A DNA stretch of 64,000 nt, taken from assembly GCA_030141605.1 (NCBI GenBank), contig JAQGDQ010000003.1, positions 248,001 through 312,000 on the forward strand, given 5' to 3'. The notes beneath the pieces were generated by a model. The model was not told the DNA's origin. It was given only the letters and a program-made list of their open reading frames with translations, and made no database searches. The DNA is from Tubiluchus corallicola. Lineage: Eukaryota > Animalia > Priapulida. The position numbers were made by a program, and so were the translations under genes. This document shows, piece by piece, positions 12,600 through 26,670 of this stretch. The first letter of the stretch is position 1, and every line of letters begins with the position of its first letter.

Positions 12600-15500
12600 T
12601 CGCTTTCTATCTCACGCGATCTCTTTCTGCTGAAAAATTTATCATTTGCCCGTAATCATGGCCAAGAGGAAAGGGCGAACAAAGTTCAGCAACGTTGAAC
12701 TTGATTAACAAACGAATTGTGATTACTTCTGCTGAGTTTCACTACCCTCAACTACTCATTCTCATTGACAGAAAAAGCTAGATATCTGAACGTGACTAAA
12801 ATGCCCTTACTGGTTCAGCATCTCATTGAAATTAGTTGGATTTATCCGGCCCTGCCACACCCAACAAGTAAATACGTCGTGTTGTTGAGTAGTGAGCATA
12901 CTTGCAATGTACATGGAACTGCGTAAAAAATTGCCAAATCTTTCATCTTATCCATTCTGTTCCATGTGCCTTAACAACACTTAATTACAGTTTACTTTTT
13001 AGATATTTTTTTCCAATAACTACAAAACATCCGACGTGTCAGACAAACAGCAATATTTCTACGTTTAAAGTGACAGGATTACTTTGTATGGTCAAACCTA
13101 AACTAGAAAAATAACTGAACTATCAGTTCTGAATTTGAAGATCCTGTCTTTTCCAGCGAGTGCATTTTATTCGGTGTATGGTTCCTGAAACTCGGCCAAT
13201 CACGGCACCAAAAGCAGTTACTACCTGTACAATGTAACGCTACGGCTTATATAAGTTCATGCATTTGTCAAGTGCACAGTGGTTATTGTAGGAAAAGAGG
13301 TGACAGTGCTCAATTTAATTACATGTATGTGCACGATCTACTTGCGCATTCTGGCGATATTTGATGATAAATTCCACTAATTAAACTAAATGTGCGTTTA
13401 CAACGCGAAGGACGAGTTAATAACTCGTAAAAGAAGCACATTTTAATATATTAATGATCAAATTATTTTAATAAAGTCACGCAGAAGAAGCAGTGAATTA
13501 TAGCTTGTCAACAGTTGACTGAAACTAACAGTTTTCTGTTCTGTGCACCATCATCATCTTCATACCGTACGTGAACACTTAAATGAGCAACTAGGAAAAT
13601 ATTTATTAATTATACGCGGTAAGCCAATAATAAAACCATTAAGAAACGATGGACAAGAAATTATAACTGTGATGCCTTGTTATAGACCTACGGGAGAAAA
13701 TTTCACAAGGGCAGAAAGAATTTGCCCTGAAAATTTTGTGAGTTGCACTGGCCTGAGTGATTTCCAAATAAGTGCAAACAACAGGCCACGTAATTATATA
13801 AGATGTACATCTAAAAAAGTTTCTAAAAAACAAAATATTAATACGTATAAGCCCATATGTTTATACTTAATTGTATTTATACATAGTTGTACTCAGTATA
13901 ACACATAATTATTGCAGTAATAAAATACACAAGGTCCAAATTATAACAACGTTTACTTAAAAAAATATGAGGTGTAACAAGACACAAGCCAAGGTTTGTG
14001 GTTTCACTGAGCAAACATGCAAATGCTTTATATTACATTTTTTGTAATGTTTCATAAATTCAAAAGAAATAACGGTAACAGTGTACGCCTTTTCTTTTGC
14101 AAACATGTCTATAATCTTGTTGGTTGTGCATCATCATCACCATTCTTGCTTAATTGCATCAAGTAATCATATGGAAACATTTTCAAAATCATCAAATAAT
14201 AGAATTTAATTAGACCCTTTTGCTTCGGCTTGCTGTTCGTGCAATCCTGTGCATCTGGTCACGCCTGACTGGACGCAAGAGCAGAAGAAAAGGGACTGAA
14301 ATCCTTATCCTGGTCCTCTTGATAACTTCTGGTGTGGCATTAGGGTAGATCTGCACTGGATTTATGTAGGTAAAGATTAGGAAACCATTCAAGCTTTTGT
14401 AAATTTGTTGCAGGAACATTTTTGTCAGAAAATTTTGCGTAAGGAAACAAAATGATATTCAAAAGTCCATTCTCCTTGTAAGCATATACTGTCAAAGTTG
14501 AAAAAGTGCAATTATACTTAAATTATTTGTGTAAAATGTTAACTAACTTTACTGATCAACAGTAAAGTACAAGTGTCCTTAAATAATGTTACTATTAGTT
14601 GTTCATAAAATGAGGATGTAAGGTAATTATTGTATATAGGTAACTATTGAGCGGTTTTGTATATTGTGCTTGTAAAGTTTATGTACCAAGCACAAAATGG
14701 CAATCCAGATGTTTGTTAGTCATAGTAAAGTATTTATTTATTATCGGTCTGCCAAATAGAAGCCTTTTTTAAATATACTCATCTGTATATATTTACGAAA
14801 TATAGAATCATTATCATCATCATCATCACCATCACCATTATCATCATCATATGTGTGGTACAAATGATGTGAGTTGCCTTGACAAGAACTGTTGTTCTTT
14901 TGATTTCATTCTTTTTTATTCTTCAGAAAACGGGGTGTGCTTAACATGGAAATAAAAGCCCGTGGTTGGTGACTTTGGACGACAGTTGAAGGACAAAAGT
15001 CTAACTTTCTTAAAGCAAAATATGTTTGTGCAATTATGCCATATCAAAGCTTTTAAAAAGCCAATTCGAACTACGTCAGTTGATTAAGATTAATGTTCAA
15101 TTAAGAATTCGATGACTTGAGGAGTGATAAAACGATATACCAAAATTAAATAAATTCATTCCGGGACGTAGTGGGCGATTTTTAACTTGCCAGTAATAAC
15201 GTGACTTGTATTTAGTCAATCCGTCACCATGCCAATCGTCAACTCACTGGCTAGGCTACTAGATTACCCAATCAGTCAATTATGTAGGCAGCCAGTTAGT
15301 CAGCCATATACCAGTAAGTCAATAAGTTGGATAATCCGCCAGGTATTTCACTAAATTAAAAAATGCCAGAATTAAGGGCTGTCAAATGGCTAATCGACTA
15401 GGACACACCAACTTCAGCCCATAGTCAGTTGATCATAACTCAGACGATCATAGTTAGTCTGCCTCGAATAGAAATTGTTCACCGAAGCTACTTCAACGTG

Positions 15501-16559
15501 TAATTCAAATTATCATCAACTTTAACTTGAGCAATTTTATTAGCCTTTGCTTCGCTTAAATGCCTCCATGGTCAAGCGGTCTCGCATTAAATTCTGAGCT
15601 CCAAAAAAATCAAGCGTAGCCAGTCTTTAGAAAGCTTGAAACTTTTCCCGGAGTGGCTAGCAACTTCTAGGGTTCCTCTTCTTTGGAGAACTACACTCTA
15701 CCGTTCTGTATGGCACGCGCTGCATAATAATTTTTAGTCCTCTAATCTTTAGAAAATTCACCATCATCTCAGTATTTCCGCCATCGTAAAGCAAGATGAA
15801 AATGGCTGCAATCACATTTTGATCAGTCTCGGAAATAAAATTCTCCTCTTAACTCGTTCGTTCTTCAAATAACGTACAAGTCACAGGAATTTAATCAACT
15901 GTAGTTTGGTTTCAGTAGTAAAGAATAAATATTGATGAAACTGCACGAACGAAAACTAATTACAATGCAACCTTAACTGAAGCGGAAAGAATAAGCTCAT
16001 TGTTACAGCCATGCTATTCTAGCCGTTTGCTTATAACTTGAACAAAAATTGCCTGTCAATGAGCTGTGAATGGATCCTCCTCCTCCTCTTCCTTTTGTTT
16101 CTTCTCCTTTTGCTGAAATGTTGTTTTGCTTTGTTGCAAAGTCAGTACTCTGAAGGATTACGTATAGCAAAACGAAAATCGGACAAGGACAAGGTTATTA
16201 GCAGGTATTAGCATTATTAATATATCATATAGGTATACAATATAAGTAATATATAATATAGTAATATAATATAGGTATTATTAGATATTTACAAAACATC
16301 ATAATCGAATTCACAGTTTCAATTTATTGCCTGCGTCAGCCGTGGGCAAAGTCTTATATGAGGTCATAGATATTTATCCAGATAATTAGTAATGACAAGA
16401 ATAGACGGAATTAATAAAATATCATAATAAAGAAAAATTAAGAATGCAACGTTTCAATCAATGTACCCTAGTGGCACCTCTCTGTATGCCAACTGTAAAA
16501 TGTCCGCCGTCAATCCAAACTAACATTACAATCCACTACTTTACCAATGATCATTATAA

Positions 16560-17420
16560 CGTGTATCAATCGTCTAATGACATTACACTGTCTACCTTCT
16601 GCCGATAAACGGTGCGTTCTTTTGCTACTCTCCATAATGAAGTATCTTTCGAAACTAAATTAAAGGAGTTCAATTGAAGTCTTTTTGTGTGAAGTCCATC
16701 CATGTGAGCAATCTGCTGCCCTTGGCTTTTAATAGGTTGAACTGATTCGTGGAAATCTTTAATAAGTGGGCTGTCTTCCTGTAAACTTCCTGTAAGCATG
16801 ACCCACTCAGTTAAGTCTTCTACGTTTTATCTTCTTTTTATCTTCTGGTCCATTTTTCTTCCTTAATTTTGTTTTACAAATCTTTGTTGCTTATAACTTT
16901 TGGCCATTTTATCTGCAGTAATGATCTGCATCAATGTGGTCGAAAATAGATAAAATGGGACTTAGGCAGTTCACTTGACGTACCCCTACGTTTGTTGAAA
17001 ATGCTTTACTGAGTTTACCTTCGCGTCTAACTTGTACTTCAAAATTTTCCAATAAAATGCTGATGATATGGATCTCATCATCTTCTGAGATCTTCTCTAG
17101 TGATTTTAAAAAGGTCTTTCTTTTAACAGTATATCAAAGCCTTTGAGTAATGTCCAACAAAAGTAGACGAATAGAATAGTCAGAGATGCAACAGCCTTCT
17201 CAACCAGAAGTTTGCAAGTTTGTACTAACTCGAACGACATTATAATAGTACCAATTTGAGTATGTATGCAATCAAAATGCTATTTAGCATATGGTCAAAG
17301 TTTTTTATGACAGTTAAGAGCATTATTGGTCTTAGGATTCCAACAGGTCCTCGCTTTTTACCTGGTTTGAGTAGTAGAATGAAAATGCCTTTTTATAAGT
17401 ATTCGGGGTAAACTCCAGTT
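16560..17420 (-). mobile_element. Decayed non-LTR retrotransposon (RTE-like) reverse transcriptase fragment
   Basis: The minus strand translates, with frameshifts and stops, to KPGKKRGPVGILRPIMLL, LLLLD..KAFD-like, EDDEIHIISILL, NVGVRQVNCLSPIL (GVPQGDCLSP motif) and a C-terminal KRRRLNxVGH. Confidence 0.75.
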
Positions 17421-17957
17421 TTAGTAATGAATCAAGATGACAATCAACCAAACATTTCACGACAGCAAAACATCACTATAGCTCTGCACCAACACAGAGA
17501 TTTTCGCATTGGCGTTACGATTGCGGATTTACTTTCTAATCAACACAACAGTGTCTTCTCATACAACTTCTGATCACTTTAGAACCTACATGATGCTGAG
17601 CAATTGACTTCTAAAACTGGCAGACCTGGCCTACTGCATTTATTACAAATGCCCAACAACCGTTCTGCACTCACTCTCTGACTTTTCTCAGCTAGAAATA
17701 TAAGACATAGACTTTGCCAACGACAATTATTTTTCTCTTATTGACAAGTTACAGTTTCATAAATAGGTTCAGAAATAGATACCTGACTGCTGACAGATTA
17801 TAATGATAGCAATAGATGGAGTGAATCTATCCTACGCATTATATTATTATAGTATATATTTATAATAGTTAATTTTAAACAATAATAATTATTAATTACT
17901 GCATTTCTGTTTGTCTCTTTTATATACAACTACATGAAGATGACGACGACGACAGTT

Positions 17958-18222
17958 GGCGGTGGTGGTGGTGGTGGTGGTAATGGTGGTGGTGGTGGTG
18001 GTGGTGGTGGTGGTGGTGGTGGTGGTGGTGGTGGTGGTGGTGGTGGTGGTGGTGGTGGTGGTGGTAGTGGTGGTGGTGGTGGTGTGGTGTTGGTGTTGGT
18101 AATGACGATGACGATGATGATGATGACGTTGTTGATTATGATGATGATGTTGATGATGATGACGATGATGATTATGACGATGATGATTATGACGATGACG
18201 ATGATGATGATGGTGATAATTA
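17958..18222 (+). repeat. Compound microsatellite (GGT)n followed by (GAT/GAC)n
   Basis: Directly visible; source of the poly-G, poly-T and poly-H ORFs. Confidence 0.95.
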
Positions 18223-18809
18223 TGATAGCAATAAACCTTTATTTGCTTATTTGGTAAATACAGATAAGTATATATAAATACTTTACCAAAGTATTTAAGC
18301 ATCCGTTCCGTCTGGACTTTGATGAGTTTCTCATTGCTTTGACCCCTGATTACCAGTCAGGATTAATGAAATCTACATATATATATATATATATATGGAA
18401 TATAATTATTTGCTGTAAATCCGATGCACTAAGCATGCTTGCAGATTATTTGTAAGTAGCAACTTGGTGAATTAATGTTGGGATTATTATTGTACACAGG
18501 CCTGCATCTGCAACTATATCCGCAGCATCATTAGTTTGATCCATTCAACATGTTAATCATGCTTATAAAAAGTTAATTACTTAATTACTAATCACCTCAG
18601 TTATTGTTAGTGTCATTAGTTGTGTACAGTCACTATTCTGCGAAGCCATGAAATAAATCGGTATTGCGACAAATTACACGTGTGTAGAATCACTTTAATT
18701 TCAGCACCAGCAGAATGCAGATATACTATCGCTGGCCCCTCGGACCGCCTACATACATAGGACCTACAAATAATAAATGCTAATAAATAACAACGTTGAC
18801 GCAACTTAA

Positions 18810-19306
18810 AGGAAAGGACCAGTCATTTAGCGTGTTGGGTTTATTTTACTGTTATTACTTAAACTTATAAAGATATAACACACAATTTTGGGAAAACTGT
18901 CTATAAAGCATAAAGGTAATTTATACTACCGCTGTATAGAAATTTTTGCACTCGGTAGTAGCCACCATACATTTGAAAATTATGGCGTAACTGATGGGCT
19001 TAGTAACTTTTTGTAAGAGCATCGTGGCTTTTTGTAAGTGTGCGTTACTTGACTAATTTTAACTTCTGTTACTTAGCTAACGTTCATGGAAAAATTCTAT
19101 CTAATTTTTTGTAAAAACTTGTTACGTTTTTGACAGAAATTGAAAGTGCTCTGTTTGTCTTCATTCAATGAACGACGTCACTGTTGGAAAAATTCGGCGT
19201 TCAAAATGGGAGTAGCCGAATGTGAAATAACTTCCGATTTTAAAGTGATTTTACTATTACTAAATCCTTCTAATAAGCCTATCTTCCCAGAATCGTTGAC
19301 TTTCCT
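18810..19306. mobile_element. Kolobok-type MITE family A copy 2 (opposite orientation to copy 1)
   Basis: TTAA|AGGAAAGGAC ... GACTTTCCT|TTAA; interior blocks (aaaactgtctataaag, ttcaaaatgggagta) are reverse complements of blocks in 1931-2455. Confidence 0.75.
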
Positions 19307-21244
19307 TTAATTAATAGCGGCTCGTCTGTAAAAAACTACACTAAAGTAGCAAACTGATTACAGAAGCAAAACAAAACCCAAACAAACGTTGCCGCTTCCA
19401 GGTTCTTCATGATGTCGTTGCATGACATTTCTTAAGATTTGACATCATCATTTGTAATTCTTCTGAATTGCTTTTACAGCCTTATCATATTTATTTGTTG
19501 CTTTACTGAATTGTTTAATATTTTGCTTGCATGATATTTTTGTGTGCTTTACGACCAATATTTTTCACAGTTTTCATATTTTGTTGCATTTCTAGGTTGC
19601 TTTTTTTAAAAATAATTTTATTACATTTTGATTCATGTATTTAGTTCAAAATGTACTTGCTTTAAGCTAATCAAAATCTAATTCCAAATGCTGAATCGTT
19701 ACCATTATTATTGGCACTACTTATTTCGCTCGTAAATGGATAGTTCCTACCAATTATTTTTAATCCTGCACCATAATATTGAATTTGAATAATTGAATTT
19801 CCTTATGAGTAAATGCATCTTTTTACGAAAAAGCAATTTGTCTTTCTCCAAATGCTATTTTTAAAAGTTTGTCGACAGTATTAATTGATTACTAAGGCGT
19901 GGTTGCCTGCTAATTGGATGGTGGTTGGATGGTCTTTCACAACTCCGGCTGTTTTTTTATTTTCTACGACGTAGTAACCATATTTAATCAAACCTTCTAC
20001 TGAATCGTGTGAGGCAATAAATAGATGTGAGTTTATAGGTTTAGCCGTTTTGATGTTGCATAAATTCCTTGCACTGGAAAGAAGCCAGACTCATTGAAGG
20101 ACTTTAGCAGTAATAATGAGGCAAGGTGATATGATATAAATTGCCCATAGGCAATTTTCTTAAAAAAATGTTTTTAAAACAGTGTAGCACGTATTAACTT
20201 AAAATGTTACGAGCAATTATAAAATTTTCAGATTTTAACTTTGACAGTTCCAACAAATGAAAATATCACAGACCTGCCTGCGTGATTTATAATAACAATG
20301 ATTCGTATAGGCCTATTTAACACGATTCCGCGAAATTTCAAAAACAAATCTTAATTAAAATACAAAATACACACAAACGTTTCTGTGTATAAATGTTTGA
20401 TCACAAACATTTGTTTGGCGGACGGAACGGTAGCGAAACGCAAGTTTGGCAGGCTGTAAACAATAATAGTAAGCAAGCTGTTGACAATTCTCCAAAGTTC
20501 TGAAATGCTGAAAGAATCAACTTCAAATTGAAACAACCCAAGTATATTAACCATTCACATAAAAGCACGCAGACAGGCGGACAGATAACAGGCACTCGTC
20601 TTGATAGAAAGCCATACATTGCAAACATCACAAACAATCTAGAACTTCACACTAGATGTCTTATATAACCACAGGTTTCATGTATCTCAGAGCTTGACCA
20701 TTCGCTTCTTTATTACCTCACACTATCAGAAAGTGCAAATCATTTGGGTAAAGGAGGTTTTAGGTGCTCTATCTGCCCTGTGCCCGATAAACTGGAATCT
20801 ATACGTTGGTTTTAGGTGCACTGTGTGTGCCTTTTATATTACTTGGTACACTGTAAACCACAATAAAGCACACATTGGTTAATGCTTGTAGCGGGATCGG
20901 AATCTAGCTCATTATCAAGGAAAACATTCTAAGCTGAAGACGCTGAGCTACCACGGTTAGATAAAATATATCCTCTTATAACATGGTAAACAGCCAGGAT
21001 CAGTACGATGAATGAAACTGCTCAGAAGAAACGGTTACAAACGACTCACTGACCAGCTTCAGTGTTTCTTAACTTCAATCGCGAACTATGAGTACTCGTG
21101 CCACTATTCAGCTTATGAGGTTTTAAAAAACTCTGGAAGAATTTACGGTCTTCAGAAGGTGCTTTCTAATATGTTCTTGAATGATACAAAAGAACTGATA
21201 TTGCCTGTCTTAGCTACAGAGCAGCCACAGCCCACAACTCTATC

Positions 21245-21460
21245 ATAACCCGTCCGAAACCCTGCCACTGCCCTACCACAACCCAACCACAACCATTCCA
21301 CTGCCCTACCAAACCCAGCTACTGCCTACCACAACTCAGCCACAACCCTGCCACCGCCTTACCACAACCCTGCCACAGCGTTGTTACACAGCCCTGCTAC
21401 AACCCCTACCACAGAACCCTACCACAGCTTTGCCATAACCCTCTTACAGCCCAGCCACAA
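21245..21460 (+). repeat. Degenerate C-rich minisatellite (CCACAACCC-type units)
   Basis: Recurring ccacaaccc / gccctacc / ccctgccac words. Confidence 0.7.
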
Positions 21461-23713
21461 ATGTCCATATTAGGCCTTGCAAGTGAGTACTCGATTCCAG
21501 CCCATGAAGTGCTGACTCTATACAATAAGGTCTATATTGCTCTGAAATCTTCGTATACACATCAATTACTTTTGCAGTTTTGGAAGTTCTCTTTTGTCAG
21601 GATAGCATGACAGCCGAAGTATCTTCAAAGTCAATACATTTTCAATATGGCTTCTCAAATATTGAAGGTTTTGCGGCTACAACGTTCAAATATAGACTCA
21701 ATATAGCTGTGGAAGTTTGATTTGACCGCAATTACGGCTTTCCGATAAGTTAGTTGACTCAAGCGCGGTGAATCATTTAGTGGTGACCAGAAACAAAAAA
21801 AGCAATTGTATTACGAATGGTATAGAAATTGTGTAAACTAGCGCTCGTGGTATAAGAAAAGCTTAAGAACATGTTCACAATCGTCTGCCAACAGTAGCAA
21901 GTCGTGTATTTTATCTAGTTCAAAATAAGACGTAATAATAGAGGTAAGTTTGAACAATTTGTGTTCAGTATACTCACATGAATTTTGTTCATCAATTAAC
22001 GAGGTAATGCAGTAATTCATAATAATATACAGACAAAAATTGCACAATCTACTGTCACTGCATATACTGGATGTAATATATAAACTAAATGTACAACACA
22101 CTTTATTCAATCATCCATTAGACGAATCAAATGGCACGCAATTGTAAGCTCTCTAATTTGTCTAATAAACACAAATTATGTTTCATCCTCAATAAAAAAA
22201 AATGTTGTAAGACATTCAGCAAAAGCTTGTCTAATCTAAATATACTAGAACGTTATAAAAATTTTGTGGGGTATGAGTAAGAAATTTTATTGTAAAACGT
22301 TTTTTCTGCGATAGTTGAAATAGTGTTAATGAAAGGTGTGTGAATACGTATTTTAATGGATACGTATTAGCAGTTGGCCTATTCATCCTAACACTTCCTC
22401 CTGTCGGCTCGGGGTAGTAATGAAACGTGGTTCTCAGCCTCGTGTTTTATAATTATGACTTTATGCAAAATTAATAAATGGTTATAATAATTTGTTGAAT
22501 AAACTAACATAAGTCGTTTTATTTTTACCTGGTTGTTAAGTTTCCTTTTTGTCATCCAGCTCATTTGTGGGTTTGTAAAAATTCACCAAGAAGTCTTCAA
22601 CTGTAATATTAATGCTTTGTAAACTAAATCCATGTATCTAGGCTAAAAAGAAGCCAGTCTTTACTGACAAGGCTTTTAAGGTGAGAAGTGGGTTAACAAG
22701 CAGCTGTGATGCATGTACATGAAACTAAAGACAGTTTCACATTTCTGTGCCACGAGACATTTTTGTACTAAAATGTCACATTCCTCTCGGCCATAATTAC
22801 AAGCTTCGCTCGCTACACGGATAAAAAGATCGGATTTTTTCTTTTGCAGTGATAATAATTAGCCTATTGCGTTATTGCGTAAAAATCACCTTATATAGTT
22901 TTTTAAGTTTTTTTTTCAAGTGAACGCGTTTATTAGATCTGCGTTATTGGGTGTTCTTTTCTGCAGTTATTCCTATGGGATCATTTTACGCAGCTGGATA
23001 CGCAATAACGCATTCCGGATGTCTGGTAAACGCCACTTAACTGCCACCAGAAACAATAGTATTTTGCTTAGAATATCCACTTTGCTCGCCTATCTTGAAG
23101 CCATCACCAAACGTCGTTTTTATTCATAAACCTTTTACTTTGTCAATAATGTAAGGAATTTAAATTTTAAAATGCTTTTGCAAATGTTCGGGAAAGTAAG
23201 CTGGAAATGTTTTTATTATTTACTAACACAGTAGCGCCTCATATATATAATTAACCTCATATTGCATAGCATCAGTTGAAACACTAAATTAATGAATGAA
23301 TAAACGAATAAATGAATAAACGAATGAATAAACTAATGAGTGAACGAGTGCCTGAGTGCCTCATAATGTTCCCTGTCTTTTGCAACACAAGAAACAAGAG
23401 ATTCCATATAATATTAACATGCATCAGTTTATGAACAGCGCAGATATATTGCAGAACAATGCATTCCAAACTGATGTCTATGCCCGGGAGTTCATAATTG
23501 CGTTCAATAAAATTGGTCACTGAAAGTTTATTGAAAAGGGCAAACAATGTGGCTTTTTTGAGAACTTCTGCAATCAGGCTCTAGGAGCTGTTTAGTAGTG
23601 CACCTGTGATATCCAAATTGGCATCCTTGTGGATATTCTTAATAAACGTTTTTTTGTACCAAGAAACAAATTAACCATAGGCCAATAGTTACATCGTAAT
23701 TTGCTTAAGACCT

Positions 23714-23976
<263 letters not shown>

Positions 23977-24829
23977 TTTAACAAAGTTGTTTTTTCACAA
24001 ATTTGTTTTTCTCTAAACCAGAGAGACAGATCATTTTTGTTCTGTTTTAGCACGCTAGTTATTATATTATTATCAAAATTCCTATAACATTTTTTCAATA
24101 ACAGACTAGTCGCAATTGGAGTTTGTGTTACACACGTGCATATTTTAGTTTTTAATATTAATTTTTTTTCATCATCATTGTAATAGATAATACAAACCCT
24201 GTGACAATTAGGGAAACCGTGTGTGTTTAATGAGACGTGTTAGTTGCTAAGCTCAAAAGGCAAACGGGCTTGAACAGCAGAGAAACTACTGAACAAAAAG
24301 AATTTATTTTTCCTAGACGACCTGAAAACTCTATTTTTGAGGTTAAACACATTTTTCTTTTTCGGGATGTATTTGAATACAAAATTAATTTTCCCGGTGA
24401 GTCTTAAACCCAGTCCGCCATTGATTAAAACCACCGATGAAACCAGCAATTTCTCCATTAGCAAGAACATCTTATTGTAAACGCCAAAATCTTTGTTGTA
24501 TTTGGGTTTAATTTCTTGGCGAAACTTTCAGTGCAGTTTCTGACAGTGTTTGCAGAAACTATTAGAAACCTGTAAGCAGTTTAAAGTAGCACGTCCCATG
24601 TTCAGCAGATGTGTCGTTATCTTTGAAAGAAGTTTCAGAAACACTTTCAGCCAGGCAAGCTGTCATCTCCGGTATTCAATGATATTGAAAAATACTGTAC
24701 AAAATTCTCTGCAAAAAATTTATCACGTTTCCAGTATCAACACAGCCTTCAAAATTATAAGCCAAATAGTCAAAGAAAAATGTCTTGTCGTTAAGTGTAA
24801 TAAACTTACTATGGTTCTGTTGAATGAAT

Positions 24830-24992
24830 AAATGCTAATACGTAATACTGATACTAATACTAACGCTAACACTAATAATAATATTAATACTAATGCTAAT
24901 GCTAATGCTAATGCTAATGCTAATGCTAATGCTAATGCTAATGTTAATACTAATACTAACAGTAATACTAATCCTAATCCTAATACTAGTGC
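24830..24992 (+). repeat. (TAATGC/TAATAC)n hexanucleotide repeat
   Basis: Directly visible. Confidence 0.9.
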
Positions 24993-25959
24993 TAAAGCTC
25001 ATCAGACTATTCGGACATAAGTTCACATAACCCACTTCTGACGCTTGACGTTGTCATTATCATCACCACTGTAAGGAACCATTATGTAAAGATCGATCCA
25101 TTATGTGGTATGTGCCCATTACGTAATACAAAAATGCCCAATATGTAAGAACGTACCCATGATGTTATAAAATTGACCCATTATGAGTAAATTAATGTGC
25201 TTAAAATGTAGCATACGTGTTGCATTCACGAACTTTAAATGAAAACTGTCTCCGCAGTAAGGAACGCATATAGCAAACTTCTTAGATGTCTTGCCCAGCT
25301 TCAGGCAAATTATCAGCCAGACTATCTGTCTCAGCAGAGAAGTTAGTTGGAACATTGCATAAGGGAATCGGGTTAATTCTACGCGTCGTGTAGCCTACTT
25401 GGAATTGAACCCCAGTCTCGAAACTCTACGTTTTGAATGGGACAGTGTTTGATCACCATCGCATAAGTTTCATGAGAATGCGTCTTTAATCACATCGGCT
25501 GCGGATAGAAACGGGTAGATGGGCGAGACAGTAAAGGGTAAATAAGTTATGTTCTTTTGGGGCGTTCAAACTGAGAAATATGTTATGCAGGTATGCCCCC
25601 TAACATGTACTATTAGAAATACTCTACGACAATGCTGACGTAAACTTTGCTGATTTAACTCATTTCTTTGAGCACCCTAATTGTTACATATTATGTCATG
25701 AAATTTTGCATCTTTTATGCTCACTTACTAATTAGCATGAAGTGAATGACGTGTAGTAAATTGTATAAATGATGTAACATCAGTACTACATATAGGTGTT
25801 TCCCTTGTAGATTGTGTTCTTTAAAAAATTTAAAAAACCTTGTAGGCATAAATAACACTATTTTTAACGCTGTAATCTTGAGTAGAAAATGTGTGTAAAG
25901 TGACATTAGGACTAAAATCACTAATGTATTGATAGATTTTATTTTATTTTGTCAATAAA

Positions 25960-25960
<1 letters not shown>

Positions 25961-25990
<30 letters not shown>

Positions 25991-26135
25991 CATACATACA
26001 TACATACATACATACATACATACATACATACATACATACATACATACATACATACATACATACATACATACATACATACATACATACATACATACATACA
26101 TACATACATACATACATACATACATACATACATAC
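25961..26135 (+). repeat. (TACA)n microsatellite
   Basis: Directly visible. Confidence 0.97.
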
Positions 26136-26432
26136 AAAACAAAAAATTTGCCCATTATGCGATAATCTGATGTATACTGATGTATAATACAAAATCTGCC
26201 CATTATGCAAGTAACTTTTCAGTGATCATTTGCGCCTTCAATACACATGTGTTTGGGAGTGGGCCTATTGAAGGTTGCTGACAATTCTATTTATTATCAG
26301 TATTGTTTAATAACTTTTCAGTAGTAATTTAGGTATGTATTGCATAATTCTGTCACACAGATCGAAGAGATACATGATAAGTCCTATTACCACTTTGGCT
26401 TTAACATCGTTCTCACATGTCTGCACGAGAAA

Positions 26433-26670
<238 letters not shown>

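Noticed and set aside
18700-18720. REST/NRSE site (TTCAGCACC)
   Set aside because: Only the left half matches; the GGACAG half is absent.
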